Under the pieces are notes generated by a model. It did not search any database. It was not told where the DNA came from and worked only from the letters and a program-made list of their open reading frames with translations. Shown in pieces: positions 20,731 to 29,458 of a DNA stretch of 64,000 nucleotides. Position 1 is the stretch's first letter. Every line of letters starts with the position of its first letter. This stretch comes from Nitrospirota bacterium (GTDB lineage: Bacteria; Nitrospirota; Thermodesulfovibrionia; Thermodesulfovibrionales; JdFR-86): contig CAVRJY010000002.1 of assembly GCA_963721805.1 (NCBI GenBank), positions 576,001-640,000 on the forward strand, written 5' to 3'. A program made the position numbers and the translations under genes.

Positions 20731-21306
20731 ATGTCTGCAATGGTCGAGATCAGATGGCATGGAAGGGGAGGGCAGGGCACAGTAACCGCGGCCAAGGTAC
20801 TCGCGGATGCGTGCCTCAGCGGCGGACGCCACGTTCAGGCCTTCCCGGAGTACGGTCCCGAAAGGGCCGGGGCTCCGCTTAAGGCGTATAACCGCATCAG
20901 CGACAAGGTCCTGCGCATGCACTGCCCCGTGATCGCCCCCCAGGTGGTCGGCGTGGTGGACGCAACACTCCTCGACGCGATAAACGTCGCCGAGGGCGCG
21001 ACCGACGACGCGGTATTCGTTATCAACACGACGAAGTCACCGGCCGAGATCCGCGCAAAGCTCAAGGCCAAGCCCACGCAGAGGGTCATCACCGTCGACG
21101 CCTCGAAGATCGCCATCGACTGCTTCGGCCGCGCGATGCCTAACTCCCCGATGCTCGGCGCCGTCAACATGGCGACCAAGCTCGTCTCGCTCGAGCACCT
21201 GCTCGAGGACGTCAAGAACAGCTTCGGCAAGAAGTTTTCCCAGAAAATTATCGATGGCAACCTGGAGGCTGTCAGAAGAGGATATTCGGAGGTACACGAA
21301 GGGTGA
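20731..21306 (+). CDS. porC: Pyruvate/2-oxoacid:ferredoxin oxidoreductase gamma subunit
   Basis: EIRWHGRGGQG, FPEYGPERAGAP. Confidence 0.92.
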   Translation: MSAMVEIRWHGRGGQGTVTAAKVLADACLSGGRHVQAFPEYGPERAGAPLKAYNRISDKVLRMHCPVIAPQVVGVVDATLLDAINVAEGATDDAVFVINTTKSPAEIRAKLKAKPTQRVITVDASKIAIDCFGRAMPNSPMLGAVNMATKLVSLEHLLEDVKNSFGKKFSQKIIDGNLEAVRRGYSEVHEG

Positions 21307-21590
21307 AAAAGTGGCAAGAACTCACGCCCGGCGCGGTTTGCACCGAGGCCGGAAGCTCGGCAAAGTTCAAGACCGGCTCTTGGAGGGCCTTCAGGCCGGT
21401 ATGGAAAGAGGAAAACTGCATACAGTGCATGTTCTGCTGGATCTACTGCCCGGACATGGCCATAAAGGTCAAGGACGGCAAGCGCGAGCAGTTCGATTAT
21501 GACTATTGCAAGGGCTGCGGCATATGCGCCCTGGAGTGCCCCGGCAAAAAGGGCGTCAAGGCGATAGTCATGGTGGAGGAGGGGAAATAG
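21303..21590 (+). CDS. porD: Pyruvate/2-oxoacid:ferredoxin oxidoreductase delta subunit
   Basis: TGSWR, CIQCMFCWIYCP, CKGCGICALECP. Confidence 0.92.
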   Translation: MKKWQELTPGAVCTEAGSSAKFKTGSWRAFRPVWKEENCIQCMFCWIYCPDMAIKVKDGKREQFDYDYCKGCGICALECPGKKGVKAIVMVEEGK

Positions 21591-21591
21591 C

Positions 21592-22782
21592 ATGGCCCAG
21601 ACCAAGGCAAAGACAGTAGCGGTAACAGGCAACGAGGCCGTGGCCAATGCGCTCAGGCAGGTCAACCCCGACGTATGCCCGATGTACCCGATCACCCCCT
21701 CGACCGACATAGCGCAGCGCTTCGCGAGCTACGTCAACAACGGCAAGGTCGACACCGAACTCATACTGGTCGAGAGCGAGCACAGCGCGATGTCCGCCTG
21801 CATCGGAGCATCGGCCGCCGGAGGGCGAGTCATCACGACGACCTCCTCTCAGGGGTTGGCCCTCATGTGGGAGATGCTCCATATCGCGGCCGGATACGGC
21901 CTGCCGATAGTGATGCCGGTCGTAAACCGCGCTCTGGCCGCGCCGCTTAACATCCACGGCGACCACTCAGACGGCATGGGCATCCGCGACACCGGCTGGA
22001 TACAGCTCTGGAGCGAAAACGCCCAGGACGCCTACGACAACGCGATCATGGCCTTCCGCATCGCGGAGCACAAGGACATATACCTGCCGATCACGGTCAA
22101 CCTCGACGGCTTCATCATCAGCCATTCGATAGAGACGATGCAGTATCTTGAGGACGAGCAGGTCAAGACGTTCGTCGGGGGCTTCACGCCTCGCTATCCG
22201 CTGCTGGACCTCGATAAGCCCGTAAGCTACGGTCCCCTCATCCTGACCGACCTTTACCACGAATACAAGCGCCTCCAGCACGAGGTCATGGGCCGCGTGA
22301 AGAAAGTCGTGCTCGACGTATCGGCCGAGTTCGCGAAGATGTCCGGCCGCTCCTATGGCCTGTTTGACAGCTACAGGATGGAGGACGCCGAGCTCGGTAT
22401 GGTCATCATGGGTTCTGCCGCAGGGACAACGAAGGACGTCATCGACGAACTGCGCGACAAGGGCGTCAAGGCCGGACTCATACGGCCCCGCCTGTTCAGG
22501 CCTTTCCCTTACACCGAGGTCGCCGATGCGATCAAGCACTGCAAGGCGGTATGCGTGATGGACCGCGCCGACTCGTACGGCGGCATGGGCCCGCTGTTTA
22601 TGGAGGTAAGCTCGGCCCTCTACCAGGCCGACAAGCGCCCGGCGCTCATTAACAAGATATACGGCCTCGGCGGCCGCGACTACATGCCCTCGCAGGGCTT
22701 CGAGGTATTCGCCGAGCTTTCTGACATCGCCAAGGGCGGCAAGATAAAGCTAGTCAAGGACTATATAGGAGTGAGGCAATAA
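21592..22782 (+). CDS. porA: Pyruvate/2-oxoacid:ferredoxin oxidoreductase alpha subunit
   Basis: YPITPST, ESEHSAMS, TSSQGL, YGLGGRD. Confidence 0.93.
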   Translation: MAQTKAKTVAVTGNEAVANALRQVNPDVCPMYPITPSTDIAQRFASYVNNGKVDTELILVESEHSAMSACIGASAAGGRVITTTSSQGLALMWEMLHIAAGYGLPIVMPVVNRALAAPLNIHGDHSDGMGIRDTGWIQLWSENAQDAYDNAIMAFRIAEHKDIYLPITVNLDGFIISHSIETMQYLEDEQVKTFVGGFTPRYPLLDLDKPVSYGPLILTDLYHEYKRLQHEVMGRVKKVVLDVSAEFAKMSGRSYGLFDSYRMEDAELGMVIMGSAAGTTKDVIDELRDKGVKAGLIRPRLFRPFPYTEVADAIKHCKAVCVMDRADSYGGMGPLFMEVSSALYQADKRPALINKIYGLGGRDYMPSQGFEVFAELSDIAKGGKIKLVKDYIGVRQ

Positions 22783-22784
22783 CC

Positions 22785-23759
22785 ATGATGATATCCCCTG
22801 AAACCGCATCCCCGCTTCGCTTAAAGGAGCTTTCGAAGGTTCCCGTAAACCTGTTCCAGCACGGCCACAGGATGTGCTCGGGCTGTGGCGCGCCGATCAT
22901 CGTAAAGATGGTCCTGATGGCCTCTGAGTATCCGCTGGTCGCGGCGAACGCCACCGGCTGCCTCGAGGTTTCGAGCTGCATCAGCGAGTTCACGGCATGG
23001 AACATCCCGTGGATACACTCCGCGTTTGAAAACGCCGCGGCCACGCTCAGCGGCGTCGAGACGATGTACCGCCTCTGGAAGAAGAAAGGCCGCACGGACA
23101 AGAAGATAAAGTTCGTCGCGTTCGGCGGCGACGGCGGCACCTACGACATCGGGTTTCAGTCGCTCTCAGGCGCGATGGAACGCGGCCACGACATCGTATA
23201 CGTCTGCTACGACAACGGCGCGTACATGAACACCGGCATACAGCGCTCGAGCGCGACGCCATACGGTGCGGACACCACGACCTGCCCGGCCGGGAGCGTC
23301 GTGCACGGCAAGCCCCAAAACCGCAAGGACCTCACGCGCATCATGGCCGCGCATAACATCCCGTATGCCGCGCAGGCCTCGCCGAGCAACTGGCTCGACC
23401 TGATGAAGAAGGCAAGGAAGGCTTTCGCGGTCGACGGCCCCGCGTTCATTAACGTGATCTCGCCCTGCAACAGGGGCTGGCGGTCACAGACCAACGACGC
23501 TATCGCCCTGACCAGGCTCGCGGTCGAGACCTGCTACTGGCCGCTCTACGAGGTAGAGAACGGCGAGGTCCATATCACCGCGAGGCCGAAGGAGAAAAAG
23601 CCCCTGGTAGATTTCCTCAAGCCCCAGGGCCGCTTCAAGCACCTCTTCGCGCCCGAGAACGAGGGCATGCTGGTGCAGTTCCAGGCAGCGGTCGACCGCG
23701 AGTGGGATAGGCTCCAGCGCGAGGCCGTGGACGTGAAAGCCGCCGGCGAGACCAAGTAG
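22785..23759 (+). CDS. porB: Pyruvate/2-oxoacid:ferredoxin oxidoreductase beta subunit
   Basis: HRMCSGCG, GGDGGTYDIG..YDNGAYMNTG TPP motif. Confidence 0.93.
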   Translation: MMISPETASPLRLKELSKVPVNLFQHGHRMCSGCGAPIIVKMVLMASEYPLVAANATGCLEVSSCISEFTAWNIPWIHSAFENAAATLSGVETMYRLWKKKGRTDKKIKFVAFGGDGGTYDIGFQSLSGAMERGHDIVYVCYDNGAYMNTGIQRSSATPYGADTTTCPAGSVVHGKPQNRKDLTRIMAAHNIPYAAQASPSNWLDLMKKARKAFAVDGPAFINVISPCNRGWRSQTNDAIALTRLAVETCYWPLYEVENGEVHITARPKEKKPLVDFLKPQGRFKHLFAPENEGMLVQFQAAVDREWDRLQREAVDVKAAGETK

Positions 23760-23764
23760 GGCGG

Positions 23765-24259
23765 ATGGCCGGCTTTGACCTGATAATGTACGAGGAGGAG
23801 TTCCGCCGGATCGAGGCGGAACTCCAAAACCTCAAGAAGCAGGCCAACGCCTCGGTCGTATTTCTGGTGGACAAAAACGGCCAGCTCATAGCCTCGGCCG
23901 GCGACACGCAAAACGTCGACACCACCTCTCTGGCGTCGCTCACTGCCGGCAACATCGCGGCCACCGGAGGCATAGCCAAGCTGCTCGGGGAGAAAGAGTT
24001 CACGATCCTGTTTCACGAGGGCGAGAAGGACAACATCCACATATCGCTAATCGGCCAGCGGGTGATACTGGTCGTGATCTTCGACAAGGGAGCGTCGATC
24101 GGGCTCGTGAGGCTCAGGGTCAAGAAGGTCACCGAATCCCTGACGAAGATATTTGAGACCATCGCATCAAAGGCCGAGGCCGGCTCCACCGCGGCCGGAG
24201 CGTCCGAATCGCTGTTTTCCGAGATCAGCGACGAGGACATAGACAACCTCTTCCGGTAG
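23765..24259 (+). CDS. mglB: Roadblock/LC7 protein MglB
   Basis: FLVDKNGQLIA, SLASLTAGNIAATGG, C-terminal EISDEDIDNLF. Confidence 0.93.
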   Translation: MAGFDLIMYEEEFRRIEAELQNLKKQANASVVFLVDKNGQLIASAGDTQNVDTTSLASLTAGNIAATGGIAKLLGEKEFTILFHEGEKDNIHISLIGQRVILVVIFDKGASIGLVRLRVKKVTESLTKIFETIASKAEAGSTAAGASESLFSEISDEDIDNLFR

Positions 24260-24264
24260 GCGCC

Positions 24265-24852
24265 ATGTCCTTCATCAATTATCCGGCCAGGGAGATCAAC
24301 TGCAAGATCGTGTACTACGGTCCGGGGCTCTGCGGAAAAACGACCAACCTGCAGTACATCTACAAGCGCACGGGCGAGGCCCAGAAGGGCAAGATGATCT
24401 CGCTTGCCACCGAGACCGAGCGCACGCTGTTTTTCGATTTCCTCCCGCTCGCGCTCGGGGAGCTTAAGGGTTTCAAGGTCCGCTTCCACCTATACACCGT
24501 GCCGGGGCAGGTATTCTACGCCGCGAGCCGCAAGCTGATACTCAAGGGCGTCGACGGCGTGGTATTCGTCGCCGACAGCCAGATCGAGCGCACCGAGGCC
24601 AACATGGAGAGCCTCGATGACCTCAATTACAATCTCGAGGAGCATGGTTTCGAGCTTGAGAAGATGCCTTTCACGATGCAATACAACAAGCGCGACCTCC
24701 CGAACGTCGTGCCTGTCGAGGAATTAAACACGCTCCTAAACCCGCGCGCCGTGCCAAATTTCTCCGCGATAGCGAACTCCGGCCCGGGCGTGTTTGAGAC
24801 CCTCAAGGACGTTGCCCGGCAGGTAATCATGGAGCTTAAGCGCAACTATTAG
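24265..24852 (+). CDS. mglA: Ras-like GTPase MglA
   Basis: GPGLCGKTTN, ETERTLFFDFLP, TVPGQ, NKRD. Confidence 0.96.
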   Translation: MSFINYPAREINCKIVYYGPGLCGKTTNLQYIYKRTGEAQKGKMISLATETERTLFFDFLPLALGELKGFKVRFHLYTVPGQVFYAASRKLILKGVDGVVFVADSQIERTEANMESLDDLNYNLEEHGFELEKMPFTMQYNKRDLPNVVPVEELNTLLNPRAVPNFSAIANSGPGVFETLKDVARQVIMELKRNY

Positions 24853-24905
24853 GCCTTCGTCCCGGCGGCATGCGCCGATTCGGGAATGCGCGAGAGCCCT
24901 CCCTA

Positions 24906-25196
24906 CTATTGACTGTCCGGCTGCATCTCCGCGAGTTCGGCTGCGATGCGCTCCAGCGCATCATCATCGGCTTGGGTAGTGCTGCCGCTGATCTCGAACA
25001 TAATGGTCACGGCCTCTCGGAACTCCTCCTTAAGCGCATGGAACTCTCCCATGCCGTCGCAGCCCCTCTGCCGGCTCTTGGCCATCAGATAGACGCGCGC
25101 ATACTCCCCGGCGTTCTCGGTCGCGCGCCTGAGGGCATCGCCCTGCGCCCGGGCATCGCCAAGCGCCCGGATATCGAGCAATTCATTGCCTGCCAT
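24906..25196 (-). CDS. Hypothetical helical protein (96 aa)
   Basis: Strong SD (GAAGGAGG) upstream of ATG; fills the intergenic gap. Confidence 0.6.
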   Translation of the reverse strand: MAGNELLDIRALGDARAQGDALRRATENAGEYARVYLMAKSRQRGCDGMGEFHALKEEFREAVTIMFEISGSTTQADDDALERIAAELAEMQPDSQ

Positions 25197-25321
25197 AATC
25201 CCTCCTTCGCACGCTATGCCCCTTAGACGAGAGGAATGACGAAAAGGATACATCGAGGCTATCTGGAAGGCGCGCATGCCCTTGCGTGCGGGGCTGTCGT
25301 TGTGTTACCTTGCCATTAGCC

Positions 25322-26296
25322 ATGTCGAGCCCCGAAAACCCAATGGTCTCTGTAATAATCCCCAACCGAAACGGGGCTGCGACGGTCGGGCTGTGCCTCG
25401 ACGCGCTCGAGCGCTCCGGCTACCCCTCGTTCGAGGTGATAGTGGCCGACGACTGCTCAGATGACGCATCGCCGGAGATAATCCAGAGCCACCGCTGCAT
25501 GCTCATACGCCTCAGTCCGCAGCGTGGCGCGGGCGCCGCGCGCAATGCCGGGGCGGCCGCCGCATCCGGCGATGTCCTGCTGTTCATCGACTCCGACTGT
25601 CTCGTGCTGCCCGATACGATATCCACGGCGGCCCGGCTCTACCGCGCACACCCCGGCGACGCGGTAGGCGGCACGTATACCCCGATGCCCCATGACCGCG
25701 ACTTCTTCAGCGTGTTCCAGTCGGTCTACATCAACTATCACGAGACGCGCGCGGCCGCTCCGGATTACGTCGCCTCGCACGCACTCGTTATAGGCCGCGA
25801 TACATTCCTCAAAAGCGGAGGCTTCCCCGAGAGCTTCCTGCCGATCATCGAGGACGTGGAGTTCAGCCACAGGCTCAGGCGCACGGGCGTGGCGCTCAGG
25901 GCCGCGCCGGAGCTCATGGTGCGGCATGTCTTCAGGTTCACGCTCAAGCGGTCGATCAGGAACGCCTACCGCAAATCTAAGTACTGGACGATGTACTCGC
26001 TTAACAACCGCGACCTGCACAGCGACTCCGGCACCGCATCGCGCGGACTTAAGCTCGACGCCCTGTGCTGGTGCGCCTGCGCGGCGATGCTCGCCGGGCG
26101 ATGGTATGCGGCTTCAGCGGCTGTCGCCGTGATAAACGCGTACGTCAACCGCGGGCTTCTGCGCAGCTTCTTCAGGTTCGGCTGCGCATGGTTCGGCATG
26201 CGGGCGGCGCTCTACTATCTCGCTGTATACCCGGTCCCGGTGGGGCTCGGGGGGATCATGGGGCTCATCGGGAGGCGGCCGTGCACTCCGCGCTGA
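25322..26296 (+). CDS. Glycosyltransferase family 2 with C-terminal TM segments
   Basis: VSVIIP, VADDCSDD, ARNAG, FIDSD, IEDVE. Confidence 0.9.
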   Translation: MSSPENPMVSVIIPNRNGAATVGLCLDALERSGYPSFEVIVADDCSDDASPEIIQSHRCMLIRLSPQRGAGAARNAGAAAASGDVLLFIDSDCLVLPDTISTAARLYRAHPGDAVGGTYTPMPHDRDFFSVFQSVYINYHETRAAAPDYVASHALVIGRDTFLKSGGFPESFLPIIEDVEFSHRLRRTGVALRAAPELMVRHVFRFTLKRSIRNAYRKSKYWTMYSLNNRDLHSDSGTASRGLKLDALCWCACAAMLAGRWYAASAAVAVINAYVNRGLLRSFFRFGCAWFGMRAALYYLAVYPVPVGLGGIMGLIGRRPCTPR

Positions 26297-27369
26297 GGTT
26301 CCTGCCGCAGGTGCTGCTGCGTAACAGGCCTGTGCACCTGACGCTCTTCGTGACCGCGCGCTGCAACGCGCGTTGCGAGTTCTGCTTCACCCGCGCGAGA
26401 GAGGACGCGGCAGCGGGCCGGGAGCTCTCGCTTGAGGAGATCACGCGGCTCTCGCGGTCGGTGGGGACGCTGCTCTGGCTGGCGTTCTCGGGCGGCGAGC
26501 CGTACCTCAGGGAAGACATCGCTGAGATCGCGGAGGTCTTCTACCGCCAAAACAGGCCGAGCATAATACTGCTTCCCACAAACGCCCTCCAGCCAGAGCT
26601 GATCCGCGACAGGACTCGCCGGATCCTGCGCGCATGCCCGGATAGCATCGTTGCCGTGAAGCTCTCGCTCGACGGGCTCGGCCCGCGTCACGACGCGCTG
26701 CGCGGCGTGCCTGGAGCGTTCGAGCGCGTGATTGAGACCTACCACGCCCTCGCGCCGATGCTCGATGAGTTCCGGAACTTCGAGCTCGGCGTCAATACGG
26801 TCTTCTGCCCCGAAAACCAGGACGAGATGGCCGCGATAGCCGCCTTCGCGGCGCGCGAGATGCCCCGCATCCGCACGCACACGATCTCGCTCGTGCGAGG
26901 GGTCGAGGCCGCGGAGCGAGTTGATCCCGCGAAGTACCTGCAAGCCGCGCTGATGCTCGAGCGCTCGATCCACTCCGGCGAAGCGCCGGTGTATGGCTTC
27001 CGGGGCGCACGCATCAAGGCCGCGCAGGACGTGCTGCAGCGCCGTGCGATCCACCGCACGCTCACCGAGCGCCGCGCCCAGATGCCCTGCCTCGCCGGGC
27101 GGATCAACGCGGTCGTCACCGAGCTTGGCGAGGTCTACCCGTGCGAGGACTTCACGCGCGCTATGTCGATGGGCAATATCCGCGAGCACGGCTGCGACCT
27201 CTCAGCGGTGCTGCGCACCAAGAGGGCGAATGAGGTGGTGGAGGGTATCAGCCGCAGAGGCTGCTGCTGCACGCATGAGTGCTTCATGATGACGAACATA
27301 CTTTTTAATCCCGCCCGATATCCCGCGCTCGCGGCCGAGCTGCTCTCGATCAGAGGCCGCTTTACCTAA
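26281..27369 (+). CDS. Radical SAM protein with SPASM/twitch domain
   Basis: CNARCEFC, FSGGEP, SLDG..HD..RG, CLAG..YPCE..CCCTHEC; GTG start inferred. Confidence 0.88.
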   Translation: MHSALRFLPQVLLRNRPVHLTLFVTARCNARCEFCFTRAREDAAAGRELSLEEITRLSRSVGTLLWLAFSGGEPYLREDIAEIAEVFYRQNRPSIILLPTNALQPELIRDRTRRILRACPDSIVAVKLSLDGLGPRHDALRGVPGAFERVIETYHALAPMLDEFRNFELGVNTVFCPENQDEMAAIAAFAAREMPRIRTHTISLVRGVEAAERVDPAKYLQAALMLERSIHSGEAPVYGFRGARIKAAQDVLQRRAIHRTLTERRAQMPCLAGRINAVVTELGEVYPCEDFTRAMSMGNIREHGCDLSAVLRTKRANEVVEGISRRGCCCTHECFMMTNILFNPARYPALAAELLSIRGRFT

Positions 27370-28114
27370 AGACGTCCGGGCCGACAGCGCTTAGCGGCAG
27401 CACCTCATAGTCCTTGCGCGAGACCGGCTTAAAGGCATTCTCGGGCAGCTCGACGTTCAGCTCTGGATCGATCAGCCTGAAGTCCATCTCAGGGCCGCGC
27501 ACGATGTCGAGCACGACGCGTCCCGGCATGCGGCCATCAAACTTGTCAAACCCGATCTGCACGAACGGATGGCCCTCGACGTACAGCGAGAGCCCCGCGT
27601 TGCGCAGCGTGCGGGCCTCAAACATATAGACGCTCCGGGGCTTGACCGTGCCATCCTCGAGCCTCGCATAGCTCACGAGGTCGATTATGTCCCCACCGCG
27701 CATGATCCGCGGTGCGATATCATTGGGAGCGTCCTCAAGCAGCGAGCCGCCCGTGTATAGCTTGCGGTGGACCGGGTCCTGAAGCTCGAACTCCCCGCGA
27801 GAGTTGAGGATGTCGGCCACGGTCACGCCGAACGGGCCATAGAGCCTGATGCGCAGCGAATCCGGAGCCTTGAAGAAAAACACGCCATCGAAGCCGTTCC
27901 TGCTCCCGTCCGGGAACGTAACCGTGCCCTTGACCTCGGCGCGAACGGAATTGTAGAGGTGGATGAACTCGTTCGAGCGCAGAGCGTCGAGCGTCACCTC
28001 GCCCGTATATGCCGGAAGCTCGGCCTCAGGCCGGACAGCGGCGGGCTTGGCCGCACAGGCGAAGAGCGCAATGCACAGCGCCGCGACGAGCGTTAGCCTC
28101 AACAGGGATTTCAT
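27362..28114 (-). CDS. Lipoprotein, LolA/LolB-like fold probable
   Basis: Lipobox LFAC; PDSLRIRLYGPFG; N.ELPENAF C-terminus. Confidence 0.7.
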   Translation of the reverse strand: MKSLLRLTLVAALCIALFACAAKPAAVRPEAELPAYTGEVTLDALRSNEFIHLYNSVRAEVKGTVTFPDGSRNGFDGVFFFKAPDSLRIRLYGPFGVTVADILNSRGEFELQDPVHRKLYTGGSLLEDAPNDIAPRIMRGGDIIDLVSYARLEDGTVKPRSVYMFEARTLRNAGLSLYVEGHPFVQIGFDKFDGRMPGRVVLDIVRGPEMDFRLIDPELNVELPENAFKPVSRKDYEVLPLSAVGPDVFR

Positions 28115-28226
28115 AAGTGTCTATTATACCTGTAAGCGGTCATAATGGAGGCTGTTCGCTTCACGCAGGGTTGCGATGGCAGCGAACGTATGTCATTCGG
28201 GGCCGAACGGCCCCTCAGCGGGAGCT

Positions 28227-28415
28227 TCAAGTGGGTGATGTGCAGCATGCCGCCGCACGTGACTTCGATTTCAGCGACTCATCCTCGTTCATATGGCACT
28301 TTTTATATTTCCTCCCGCTTCCGCACCAGCACGGCTCGTTGCGGCCAAGCTCGGGCCTCACCGGCTCAGGGGCCGGCTCCCTGAACACCTTTCCAATCGT
28401 GTCGAATATGCCCAT
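28227..28415 (-). CDS. SEC-C metal-binding motif protein
   Basis: [25 protein letters not shown]. Confidence 0.85.
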   Translation of the reverse strand: MGIFDTIGKVFREPAPEPVRPELGRNEPCWCGSGRKYKKCHMNEDESLKSKSRAAACCTSPT

Positions 28416-28545
28416 CGTGACCTCTTAAAGTTTAGGTTTATCGCAACTACTAATTATACCGCCCGTTAACGCCCAATGTAAAACAGGGCCCCGCGCCCCC
28501 GTGGTCAACGACTTAATTAGATGCGTAGTTATATTCATAGTTACC

Positions 28546-28571
28546 GCGCGCGGCCGCGCGCATTTTTTTTT
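28546..28571 (+). terminator. Intrinsic terminator-like hairpin
   Basis: GCGCGC-GGCC-GCGCGC, then A and T9. Confidence 0.5.
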
Positions 28572-28787
28572 GAAGCGTTCAAATGAACAGAGAAAAAACA
28601 CCTCAACCTCGCGGAAAATAACAGTTTTCATCGGCATCCCATGTTTAGGCGTTCAGAAACGTTTTTCGCGCACTCAAAAGCATTTCTCAAATGTGATTGA
28701 GTGCGTGGTTTTCCATACATCTCGCCCGTCTCTGACCTCGCTAATATAGTCTCTATATACTTCATGCGCAATGATAGAACGGACAGG

Positions 28788-28843
28788 CGGAACTGGTCAA
28801 TGGGAACCGGTTCCCAGGAACCAGTTCCCATTGACCAGTTCCG
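28788..28843. repeat. 56-bp near-perfect inverted repeat
   Basis: 27-bp arms (CGGAACTGGTCAATGGGAAC[C]GGTTCC and its reverse complement with one mismatch) around a 2-nt loop. Confidence 0.9.
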
Positions 28844-28916
28844 GGGCTTTATGTTATGGGGCGTTTTAACGGTATAAAGGCCGGCATACCGCCTTATTTA
28901 AATGTATCGAAACTCA

Positions 28917-28945
28917 TTGACAACCCCCGGCTTATGCGCTAGAGT
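28917..28945 (+). promoter_or_regulatory. sigma70 promoter, copy 1
   Basis: TTGACA-17nt-TAGAGT. Confidence 0.75.
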
Positions 28946-28986
28946 CTGGTTAAGGCCGCGATAACGCGTGAAAGGAGAGCAAGACC

Positions 28987-29157
28987 ATGGACCTGAAGTT
29001 ATCCAATACGGAGGCGGTCTCTGTCATGACCGCGCTTCAGCACTACGAGAGGGAAGTCGGGCGGATGGGCGAGGACAAGGGCGTCGTGATCGAGAAGAAA
29101 ACCCTCTTGGGCCTGATAAGCAGGCTGGAGTCCATGCCCGCGGGTGAAGTCGAGTAA
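28987..29157 (+). CDS. 56-aa microprotein, paralog 1 (not in ORF track)
   Basis: MDLKLSNTEAVSVMTALQHYEREVGRMGEDKGVVIEKKTLLGLISRLESMPAGEVE; SD AAAGGAG; adjacent paralog. Confidence 0.85.
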   Translation: MDLKLSNTEAVSVMTALQHYEREVGRMGEDKGVVIEKKTLLGLISRLESMPAGEVE

Positions 29158-29197
29158 GAGGGGCGGACAATTATCCCGGCGTCCGCGCTAAAGATTC

Positions 29198-29226
29198 TTG
29201 ACAGTGCCCATCTTCTGCGCTAGAGT
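29198..29226 (+). promoter_or_regulatory. sigma70 promoter, copy 2
   Basis: TTGACA-17nt-TAGAGT. Confidence 0.75.
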
Positions 29227-29266
29227 TTGCTATAGCCGTGACACCATTGACAAAGGAGAGCAGACC

Positions 29267-29437
29267 ATGGACCTGAAGCTATCTGGCATCGAGGCGGTTT
29301 CAGTATTGACCGCGCTGCAGCACTATCAGAAGGAAGTCGAGAGGATGTCTTCCGCTAAAGGCATAGAGATTGAAAAGAAAACCTTAAAGGACCTGATCAA
29401 CAGGCTCGAGGCCATGCCCGCGGGCGAGGTCGACTAG
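29267..29437 (+). CDS. 56-aa microprotein, paralog 2
   Basis: MDLKLSGIEAVSVLTALQHYQKEVERMSSAKGIEIEKKTLKDLINRLEAMPAGEVD; SD AAAGGAG. Confidence 0.85.
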   Translation: MDLKLSGIEAVSVLTALQHYQKEVERMSSAKGIEIEKKTLKDLINRLEAMPAGEVD

Positions 29438-29458
29438 GAAGCGATAGGAACGGCTTAA

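Noticed and set aside
28745..28772. dif-like site on the minus strand (TTGCGCATGAAGTATAT)
   Set aside because: Resembles the XerC arm and spacer only; the more conserved XerD arm TTATGTTAAAT is absent
28788..28843. CRISPR array
   Set aside because: A single inverted repeat with no direct repeat-spacer periodicity and no cas genes
28430..28980. Replication origin in the AT-rich gap
   Set aside because: No TTATCCACA-type DnaA boxes seen and no dnaA/dnaN/gidA context
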